32,000 nt of DNA from Caldivirga maquilingensis IC-167 (GTDB lineage Archaea; Thermoproteota; Thermoprotei; Thermoproteales; Thermocladiaceae), in contig NC_009954.1 in assembly GCF_000018305.1 (NCBI RefSeq), forward strand, positions 90,001 to 122,000. Direction: 5' to 3'. Position numbers and translations under genes: made by a program. Shown here piece after piece: positions 22,385 through 29,657 of this stretch. The stretch's first letter is position 1, and each line of letters opens with the position of its first letter. The notes below the pieces were generated by a model, which saw nothing but the letters and a program-made list of their open reading frames with translations, searched no databases and was not told the origin of the DNA.

Positions 22385-25165
22385 ATGGTGGTTAATTCAT
22401 TCGAATTACTGCATCCTAAGGTTAAGGAGGCTGTTAAGGAATTGGGTTATGAGAAGCCCACTAAGGTTCAGGAGTTAGCCATACCCATAGTTTTAACAGG
22501 TGAACATACGTTAATATCATCACCCACTGGTACAGGGAAGACTGAGGCGGCGCTACTGCCTGTCTTATCAATGATGCTTAACTCCGGGGTGAGGGAGGGG
22601 ATAAGGATTCTCTACATTACGCCGGCTAAGTCGCTTAATAGGGATTTAGAGCAGAGGATACGTAGGCTAAGTAGCTTACTTGGCTTAACCATAGCTGTAA
22701 GGCATGGAGACACCACAAGCAGTGAGAGGAGTAGGCAGAGGAGGAATCCGCCTCAAATACTCATAACAACACCTGAAACACTCCAGATACTATTGGTTTC
22801 ACCAGTAATGAGGAATTGGCTTAGGGGTGTTGGCTGGGTCATAATTGATGAGGTTCATGAACTCCTCGGTAGCAAGAGGGGGGTTCAATTAGCCGTTGGC
22901 CTTGAGAGACTGGTGGAGCTGGCTGGTGAGTTTCAGAGGATTGCACTATCAGCAACAATAGGTGACCTGGAGCTTGCATCATCATTAGTGGGTGGGGTTG
23001 GGAGGGGGGTGAGGATTGTTAATGTTAATGATGTTTCAAGAACCATGGAGTTAACAATACATTACCTAAGGCCCGATAGTGATATTGAGGAGGCAGCAAG
23101 GAGAATCAGTGAGGTAGTTAATAGGTATGGGGGCTCGGTACTCCTCTTCACTAACACTAGGGATATGGCTGAGCTGCTGGGTACTGAATTGAAGAAGGTC
23201 ATTAACGGTGTGGAGGTTTACCATGGATCCCTAAGCAGGGAGAGGAGGGAGACCGTGGAGGAGGGGCTTAGGAATGGTGAGGTTAAGGTTGTTGTATCCA
23301 CATCAAGTCTTGAATTAGGCATAGACATAGGTAGTATTGAGGCAGTAATCCAGTACATGAGTCCTAAGCAGAGTGATAGGTTAATTCAGAGGGTTGGGAG
23401 GAGTGGGCATGAGGTTGGTGGGGTTGCTAAGGGCCATGTATTCACTGTAACGCCTGATGATTACCTTGAGTCACTGGTACTGGCTAGAAGGGCTATTGAG
23501 GGTGAACTTGAGGGTGATTACCCATACCACGCGGGGGCAATGGATGTGCTGCTTCATCAATTAGCAGGCATAATACTAGACCACGGGGGCTCAGTTACGG
23601 TGAATGATGCGTATAGGATCATTAAGAGGGCACACCCCTACTCCTCGCTACAGTTAAGTGACTTAATGAGGCTTATTGAATTCTCCTCAAGGGAATTGAA
23701 GCTAATAGGTAATTACGATGGTGTCTTAAGGAATAGGAGGGGGTTGAGGATTTACTACCTCCAGAATGTGTCAATGATACCTGATGAAAGGAGGTTTAAG
23801 GCTGTTAACTACATGGATAAGTCAACCATAGGTGAACTTGATGAAGACTTCGCATTAACACTGGAGCAGAATAAGGTAATAGTACTAGCTGGTAGATTAT
23901 GGAGGGTTTTAACCATTGATAAGGATGAGGGGGTTATTACACTGGATGAATTGAGGAGCGGTGAAGGTGAGTTACCTGAGTGGATTGGTGATGAAATACC
24001 AGTATCCTATGAGGTTGCCCAGGAGGTTTGCAGGTTGAGGAGGAGATTACTGGCAGGTGGTTCCTTAAGCAGCTTCAATAGGATTAAGTTAATGAACATT
24101 AATGAACTCCTTGAGGATGTTAGGGAATTATCAAGTGACTTAAGGGGTAAGTACCCTGATGTTAATGAAACGTTAATCGAGTACTCAAGTAACTTAATAG
24201 TGATTCACTCCTGCCTAGGCACTAAGGGTAATGAGGCACTTGGCCTTTATTTAACAGGATACTTAACTGGCAGGCTTGCCCTCTCAATATCATATGTTAG
24301 GGATCCCTATAGGGTTATTATAAAAACCCCTAGGCCAATTAACCCGGAGATTATAAGGAGGGCGCTTCAGGAGGATGTTGATACTGTTGAGGAGACCTTG
24401 AGGAATGTTATTAAGAATAGTAACCTTTATAGGTATAGGTTTATTCACGTTGCCAGGAGAATGGGGGTATTACCTAAGGGTACTATTGATGTCAATGTTG
24501 ATAGGTTAACTAAAGTCTATAATGAGTCTGTACTGGATAATGAGGTAATTAATGAGATTGAGGTGGATAAGCTTGACTTAGATGCATTGAGACGCTTCAT
24601 AAACGGTATTAAGGATGGGGTAATTAAGCTAAACTTCCTAGCTAGGAAGCCCTCTAAACTAGCCCTAATGGTAATGGGTGGCTTAGGCACTAGGTCGATT
24701 ATAACTGATGAAGTACCCAGGAACATAATCATTGATTCAGTTAAGAAGAGGATCATGAATAAGGAAGTAACCCTCCTATGCTTAAGGTGCGGATGGCATT
24801 TAACAGGCAAGGTGAGTAACATAATTAATATGGAACTTAAGTGCCCAAAATGCGGCATGAAGACCCTAACCATGTTGAAGCACAGGGATGAGGATATTAA
24901 TAAGGCCATTAAGCTAATAACAAGAGCCAGGAGGGGGTTACAGCTTACTACTGATGAGGAGGAGTACCTTAGTGAACTCAGGGAGAGGGCTAGGGTAATA
25001 ATGGATCATGGCTACAGGGGTTTAATAGCACTCTCAGCCTACGGTGTTGGTACAGCCACTGTTAAGAGGATTCTAAGTAATATCACTAATGATGATGAAT
25101 TATTCTTAAACATACTTGAGGCGGAGAGGGAGTATGTGAGGACGAAGGCATTCTGGGCTGATTAA
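22385..25165 (+). CDS. lhr: Lhr-type superfamily 2 helicase (archaeal aLhr2-like) with a C-terminal zinc ribbon and a helix-hairpin-helix motif
   Basis: 926 aa. Motif I SSPTGTGKT, motif II IIDEVHELLGSKRG (the Lhr hallmark DExH...KRG), motif III SAT, motif VI QRVGRSGH. CxxC...CxxC at codons 799-823. GVGTATVKRIL is HhH-like. Confidence 0.85.
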   Translation: MVVNSFELLHPKVKEAVKELGYEKPTKVQELAIPIVLTGEHTLISSPTGTGKTEAALLPVLSMMLNSGVREGIRILYITPAKSLNRDLEQRIRRLSSLLGLTIAVRHGDTTSSERSRQRRNPPQILITTPETLQILLVSPVMRNWLRGVGWVIIDEVHELLGSKRGVQLAVGLERLVELAGEFQRIALSATIGDLELASSLVGGVGRGVRIVNVNDVSRTMELTIHYLRPDSDIEEAARRISEVVNRYGGSVLLFTNTRDMAELLGTELKKVINGVEVYHGSLSRERRETVEEGLRNGEVKVVVSTSSLELGIDIGSIEAVIQYMSPKQSDRLIQRVGRSGHEVGGVAKGHVFTVTPDDYLESLVLARRAIEGELEGDYPYHAGAMDVLLHQLAGIILDHGGSVTVNDAYRIIKRAHPYSSLQLSDLMRLIEFSSRELKLIGNYDGVLRNRRGLRIYYLQNVSMIPDERRFKAVNYMDKSTIGELDEDFALTLEQNKVIVLAGRLWRVLTIDKDEGVITLDELRSGEGELPEWIGDEIPVSYEVAQEVCRLRRRLLAGGSLSSFNRIKLMNINELLEDVRELSSDLRGKYPDVNETLIEYSSNLIVIHSCLGTKGNEALGLYLTGYLTGRLALSISYVRDPYRVIIKTPRPINPEIIRRALQEDVDTVEETLRNVIKNSNLYRYRFIHVARRMGVLPKGTIDVNVDRLTKVYNESVLDNEVINEIEVDKLDLDALRRFINGIKDGVIKLNFLARKPSKLALMVMGGLGTRSIITDEVPRNIIIDSVKKRIMNKEVTLLCLRCGWHLTGKVSNIINMELKCPKCGMKTLTMLKHRDEDINKAIKLITRARRGLQLTTDEEEYLSELRERARVIMDHGYRGLIALSAYGVGTATVKRILSNITNDDELFLNILEAEREYVRTKAFWAD

Positions 25166-25332
25166 TAGCCTTAATAAATTACGGGTGTCTTAACCCACAG
25201 TTACTTAACGCCATCCTCAGTCCAAAACCGGCATGATTTACTATTCCTGTAAGAATATGTGAATACTTTAAATAATTATGTTGTGCATCTTCAATTATTA
25301 CGCTATTATGGAGAAATATTTATATCCGAATA

Positions 25333-25629
25333 ATGCTTAACAGTATTATGGTAACTACAGTGGTTAAAAGAGATGGTACTGAGGAACCCTTCATAGTGGA
25401 GAAGATTGTTGTTAGCATACTTAAAACTGGGGCTCCCTTGGATAAGGCTAGGGAAATAGCTAAACGGATTGAGTGTAATTTCATTAATGTTGATAAAGTA
25501 TCAGCCAAGGATTTAACAAAGGCCATACTAACGGAGTTAAGAAAGGCTAATGAGGAGTGGTATAGGAATTGGATTGTTTTCGATAGGGCTGTTAAAAGGA
25601 GGGCAACTGAGAAGGAGATTGAGACCTAG
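25333..25629 (+). CDS. Stand-alone ATP-cone domain protein
   Basis: VVKRDGTEEPFIVEKIVVSILKTGAPLDKAREIAKRIE matches the ATP-cone start (v-i-K-R-D-G-r-x-e-p-F). The TATA box at 25316-25325 favours the ATG at 25348 (MVTTVVKRDG...) over 25333. Confidence 0.7.
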   Translation: MLNSIMVTTVVKRDGTEEPFIVEKIVVSILKTGAPLDKAREIAKRIECNFINVDKVSAKDLTKAILTELRKANEEWYRNWIVFDRAVKRRATEKEIET

Positions 25630-25658
25630 GCGTTTAGGGCATTTAATTTAAATTTAAA

Positions 25659-25970
25659 TTAACCTATTAACTCAATCTCAACCTTAACATCCTCAGGTAT
25701 TCTAAGCCTCATTAACTGCCTAAGGGCCCTCTCATCAGCATCCATGTCCACAACCCTCTTATGTATCCTCATTTCCCAATGATCATAAGTATGGTAACCT
25801 TGACCACTTGGAGCCCTCCTCACAGTTACCATAAGCCGCCTAGTGGGTAATGGTATTGGTCCCCTAACTTTAATCCCAAGCTTCTTAGCTATCCCAGTAA
25901 TATCCCTAGCTAATCCATCAACCGAATCAGTGTTAGTCCCCCAAATCCTAATTCTCACAATCCTAGGCAC
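25659..25970 (-). CDS. rps10: 30S ribosomal protein uS10
   Basis: RIRIWGTNTDSVDGLARDITGIAKKLGIKVRGPIPLPTRRLMVTVRRAPSGQGYHTYDHWEMRIHKRVVDMD is unmistakably S10. The track ORF (121 aa, to 26024) is too long. The GTG at 25970 gives 103 aa and lies 25 nt downstream of the TATA box at 25991-25999. Confidence 0.9.
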   Translation of the reverse strand: MPRIVRIRIWGTNTDSVDGLARDITGIAKKLGIKVRGPIPLPTRRLMVTVRRAPSGQGYHTYDHWEMRIHKRVVDMDADERALRQLMRLRIPEDVKVEIELIG

Positions 25971-26267
25971 AGGCCACTGATAGGAAACCCCTTTAAAACA
26001 TTTCTGAACACTAAGACATGACACCTACAACATGAGGCATAGCCTATTTTAACTCATCAATAATATTAAACTATTTAACTGTGTTCACGACTCAGCTTTA
26101 GGTGCATTATATTAATTACCTTTAATGAGAATACGTAAGCAATGTGAAGCAATAATGGGGTTAAAGTAATTTAAACACACGTAAAGTTAACTAAGACACC
26201 TTGAACAATTGTAATAGGAATACATCATAGGGAATAAAATTAATTAAACTTAAACAAGCTTAAACCA

Positions 26268-27056
26268 GTGGAGTGGGTTAAGGAATTCTTCATAAGGAAC
26301 GCTGAACTTTACGTAAGGGTATTAAGCAGTGAAGCAATGTTAAGGGAAGGTGAGGATACTGCAGTTAAGCTTAGTGATTATTTAAGTAGAAGGGGGTTAA
26401 GGAACTGCAAGATACTGGATGTTGGAAGCGGAGTAGGGAGAGTGGCTATACCTCTAGCTAAGTTAGGCTTTAAAGTAATAGGTATAGATATATCACAAGA
26501 CTTCATTAATGAAGCCATTAAGAGAGCCACCAGGGAGGGGGTTAATGATAATGTGGTTTTCCTACTGGGAGATGCCAGGGAATTAAGCAGTGTTATTAGG
26601 CATTACGCCCCCTTTAACGTTACCTTATTCATGTTCACAACAGTAATAGGTTACTATGATTATGAAACGGACCTCTCAATACTTAGGCAAGTACACGATG
26701 TTTCAGGGCCTGGTTCATTATTAATAATTGATACTGTTGATAAGGAGTATTACATTAATAATGCCGGTAAAAGCATTGTTAATGAGATTGGAGACCACTT
26801 AATCATACAAAGATTTAAACTAGATCAAGAATTAAAGAATGTTAAAGTATATTGGAGCTACTACATTAGGGACAAGGACAAGTACACCCTCAAACTCATC
26901 ACTAATACTCAATTATCACTAAGAATATATTCAATAAGTGAGTTAAGGGAATTAGCCTCAAGAGCAGGCTGGAACCTTATTGAGGCGTACTCAGATATAG
27001 GTGAAACACCATATAAACCAGGGGGCAGGCTCCTCGCAGTATTCGCCTATGCTTAA
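26268..27056 (+). CDS. Class I SAM-dependent methyltransferase
   Basis: 262 aa. Motif I ILDVGSGVGRVAIPLA, motif II GIDISQDFI, post-I acidic residue, and LLGDAREL. GTG start ~25 nt downstream of an AT-rich TATA-like element. Confidence 0.8.
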   Translation: MEWVKEFFIRNAELYVRVLSSEAMLREGEDTAVKLSDYLSRRGLRNCKILDVGSGVGRVAIPLAKLGFKVIGIDISQDFINEAIKRATREGVNDNVVFLLGDARELSSVIRHYAPFNVTLFMFTTVIGYYDYETDLSILRQVHDVSGPGSLLIIDTVDKEYYINNAGKSIVNEIGDHLIIQRFKLDQELKNVKVYWSYYIRDKDKYTLKLITNTQLSLRIYSISELRELASRAGWNLIEAYSDIGETPYKPGGRLLAVFAYA

Positions 27057-27140
27057 GGTATTATTAATCACGTGAACATTAGTAAACTAGCTAATGAGGG
27101 AAAATATTCATAAACCCCCACGCAAGCAAAGCCCAGTAGG

Positions 27141-27219
27141 GGGCCCGTAGCTCAGCATGGATTAGAGCGGCGGCCTCCTAAGCCGTAGGTCGTGGGTTCA
27201 AATCCCACCGGGCCCGCCA
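27141..27219 (+). tRNA. tRNA-Arg (anticodon CCU), no intron, CCA encoded
   Basis: Folded by hand: GGGCCCG-TA-GCTC-AGCATGGATTA-GAGC-G-GCGGC-CTCCTAA-GCCGT-AGGTC-GTGGG-TTCAAAT-CCCAC-CGGGCCC-G-CCA. All four stems pair. The anticodon loop is CU-CCU-AA. Confidence 0.92.
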
Positions 27220-27220
27220 G

Positions 27221-27234
27221 TTTTGTTCAGTTTT
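27221..27234 (+). terminator. Oligo-T terminator after tRNA-Arg
   Basis: ttttgttcagtttt follows the CCA end directly. Two T4 runs are typical of archaeal termination signals. Confidence 0.45.
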
Positions 27235-27420
27235 CCTTGTTTAATTCTAGTTACGAATCAATGACCTATGGCTTGTCGTGGAGTATTGTTCCGAGGAAGT
27301 GATGCGGATTGTTCCATAAACATGGCCTTCAGCATGCAAATACCCATGCAGTACCTAGGTTGATTCCACGCGAGGAGCCACGTGCATGGAGCATCTCCCT
27401 ACGTTGAATTGATGAGTGAT

Positions 27421-27894
27421 TTAGTAAGTTACCGTTATTTGACCTGTCACTCCATCATATATTAAGATGACGTTACGTAGTATGTCACGGCCAATCAACG
27501 CCTTATACTGCTGCGTTGACAGGTCAACCGAGGCGATGGTCATGTTATCGAGTATAATTCTAGCCCTCGGATCTGGTACATTCGAGAATAATACAAGCTT
27601 AACTAAATATATGGGTACAGCAACCGTACCACCTGCAGTGGCTAGGTTAATCGTACCATACGGTGGATAGCCAAGTTGATTCAACACACTCCTATCTATA
27701 GCAGTTATTAAGGCTCCAGTATCAATTAATGCGGGTACAGTCTTTGCGCCATTAAGGATTATGCCCCTACTTTGGGCGAAGCTCCAAATAACACTTGCTG
27801 GTTCAACGTCTATGGTTATTACGGGCCCGTTCATTCTAAGTGCATCAGCAGGCGATGTATTCTGTGCTGCATAATTAATCCTTACTATGGGCAT
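27421..27894 (-). CDS. Retropepsin-like (clan AA) single-lobe aspartic protease
   Basis: 157 aa. Catalytic motif VPALIDTGALITAI (D-T-G-A). C-terminal ALIGRDILRNVILIYD is the hydrophobic-G-x-D-x-L motif of retroviral-type proteases. The size fits a homodimeric one-lobe enzyme. The ATG abuts the TGA of the upstream gene. Confidence 0.75.
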   Translation of the reverse strand: MPIVRINYAAQNTSPADALRMNGPVITIDVEPASVIWSFAQSRGIILNGAKTVPALIDTGALITAIDRSVLNQLGYPPYGTINLATAGGTVAVPIYLVKLVLFSNVPDPRARIILDNMTIASVDLSTQQYKALIGRDILRNVILIYDGVTGQITVTY

Positions 27895-28173
27895 TCACGA
27901 CACTTGAGCAGAATCAAGGCCTAGCGCATGCGTTGGCGAGAAATACTCCGCCCTCTCCTCCTTAACTTTCTGAATTATGAACATGCCATTAATGCCGTAT
28001 TTCTCAAGAGCATACTTATAAGCCTCCTCGATACTCTCAAAAATACCCTGCACCTCACCATCCTTAATAACCACGTACTTATCCCTGTACTTAACCAATA
28101 ACTCAGGTAACTTAGCCTTAAACGCTTCATACTCCTTAATCATCCAATCAGATGCGCTAACGAGAAAAGTCAT
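27895..28173 (-). CDS. Small 92-aa partner protein of the retropepsin-like protease (resembles the archaeal DUF5678-type domain; antitoxin or adaptor-like)
   Basis: MTFLVSASDWMIKEYEAFKAKLPELLVKYRDKYVVIKDGEVQGIFESIEEAYKYALEKYG... The K-Y-x-x-K-x-V-x-I-x-D-G-x-V...s-x-e-E-A pattern is what I recall for DUF5678-like proteins (unverified). TATA box 27 nt upstream. The stop TGA is followed directly by the protease ATG. Confidence 0.5.
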   Translation of the reverse strand: MTFLVSASDWMIKEYEAFKAKLPELLVKYRDKYVVIKDGEVQGIFESIEEAYKYALEKYGINGMFIIQKVKEERAEYFSPTHALGLDSAQVS

Positions 28174-28401
28174 ATTCGCTTAAATTTCAAAACAATTTAA
28201 AAAGCTTTTCTTCGAAAACATCCTTATAATTTCATGGTAATCATAGTGCGTCCTCGAATTGACTCCTTATGTTTCAGGCTCCAGCAAATGCTTAATCAAT
28301 ACTCCACAATCCTAGACAATGCATTGTAGGATTATGGAATTTACATGATTCGTAAGGCTCGAATTGTCTATCTAGGTGCTCCTTAACGTAAATACCAACG
28401 T

Positions 28402-29414
28402 TTAATTCACCTCCGCTAACTCTTTCCCCACATCCCTAAAGAATTCATTTACTTCCCTGGCAACCTCGGGTGAGAATGCCTAATCATACTCATCACTCTT
28501 AGATAGGTTACTCACATTGAACCTAATGAGTACCTTCCTCTCCCAGAATAATTCAATAACAGCTTTAGAACCTTCCTGTACTAGTTTCAATAGAATGGTA
28601 AACCTACCGCCCCCCATCATTGACTCTAATACCGTGTAGCCAAGTATCTTCAGAATCATCGCGTATATCATTAACTGAACAAATAACTTCATTAAATCCC
28701 CAATACTTCTTAAAACCTCTTCACCATATAGGAGCTCCATATTCCTCCCCCAAAGTGACATGTACACTCCTACCCTACTGGAGGAGTCCTCAACTATTTC
28801 GATAAGCTTACCCTCCCACTTACTTACAATGTTTCCAACCTTAGTGAGTACAGTCTCTGGTCTTGGTTGTACAGAAGCTATGCTGAGCTACATATACATA
28901 CACGATCAAGGTACGATTCAAATCCTATTCTCCCTTGAAGGGATTAGGGTATTCCTTATAATATTGTTCACTAGGCATATCTATAAGTAGCCCAAGCCTA
29001 AACCCAAAGTTCTTCATATAATCTAGAAGCTGCTCTCTACCATCACTTCTCATACCAGGAGCTTTCGCTTCAATTAAGACCTTCCTATACTAGTAGTCAA
29101 CAAATAATCTATAACCCTCAGCTGTAACCTCTCATGCTTAACCTCCGAACCATTAATCCCGGCTAATACACTATTAATAAATCCCTAACATAGTATTCAG
29201 GTTTTTGATAGAGACTCACCCTAACCCACCACTACTCCCAGAGTACCTCTCTTACTAATCTCCACTCTCCTAATAAGATCCCCCAACTAGACTCATCCCT
29301 TAAAACCCACCCTATCATATCTGTAATGTATAGACTCAGTACTCTAAGGAATCTCTGCCAGGTAAAGTTAGCTGATGGTGAGCCGGTGTATGTGACCTTG
29401 GTTAACATTAGCAT
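28402..29414 (-). pseudogene. Decayed gene with a PD-(D/E)XK (HsdR_N/restriction-endonuclease-like) core, broken by frameshifts and in-frame stops
   Basis: Hand translation of the minus strand gives coherent protein-like segments in all three frames. Frame C: MLMLTKVTYTG...REVLWE-TAG-WWVRVSLYQKPEYYVRDLLIVY-TAG. Frame B: EVTAEGYRLFVDY-TAG-YRKVLIEAKAPGMRSDGREQLLDYMKNFGFRLGLLIDMPSEQYYKEYPNPFKGE-TAG. Frame A: LSIASVQPRPETVLTKVGN...NLSKSDEYD-TAG-AFSPEVAREVNEFFRDVGKELAEVN-TAA. D...(V/L)IEAK is the D/ExK nuclease motif. Confidence 0.6.
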
Positions 29415-29657
29415 AAACCCTCTTTTATCTAGGCTCTTGGCCGGTTAGTCATGAGGGAAAAATGGCTTTCACTGGGAGTTACCTCAGTTATTGATACCTC
29501 CAGGTTCTTTGTACGTAATTGTTTAGATCCAGGTTAATTATAAGAATGAGTAGATGACCTGTGGGCTTTACTGCATGTATGGAGACCTAAGGTTGATCAG
29601 CAAATACTTGAACGCAGTGGTGAATCCTCCATTACTAGCTGGTGTTGCCCATTGTAC

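Noticed and set aside
27237-27420. The 200-nt spacer after tRNA-Arg considered as a structured ncRNA or a partitioned integrase fragment.
   Set aside because: There is no extended ORF in any frame and no integrase-like motif. Only short palindromes and one 8-nt repeat are present. This is insufficient for an RNA-gene call without covariation or expression data, so it is mentioned only as part of the islet.
28916-28924. ttcaaatcc, a 9-nt match to the T-loop region of the nearby tRNA-Arg, considered as a possible distal att repeat delimiting an integrated element.
   Set aside because: The match does not extend on either side (gtacga... versus cgtggg..., and ...tattc versus ...caccg). It lies inside the pseudogene's coding frames and is within chance expectation for 32 kb.
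28480-29414. Track ORFs 28480-28767(-), 28620-28805(+), 28760-28990(+) and 29232-29414(-), considered as independent small genes.
   Set aside because: The minus-strand pieces join with unlisted frames into one decayed gene (reported as a pseudogene). The plus-strand ORFs are antisense shadows of it.
28402-29414. The idea that the recurrent in-frame TAG codons reflect programmed read-through or recoding (for example pyrrolysine-like).
   Set aside because: The locus also needs at least two frameshifts and contains TGA/TAA stops in the transition zones. Nothing in the window suggests recoding machinery, and Pyl decoding is not known in Crenarchaeota. Simple gene decay is the more economical explanation.
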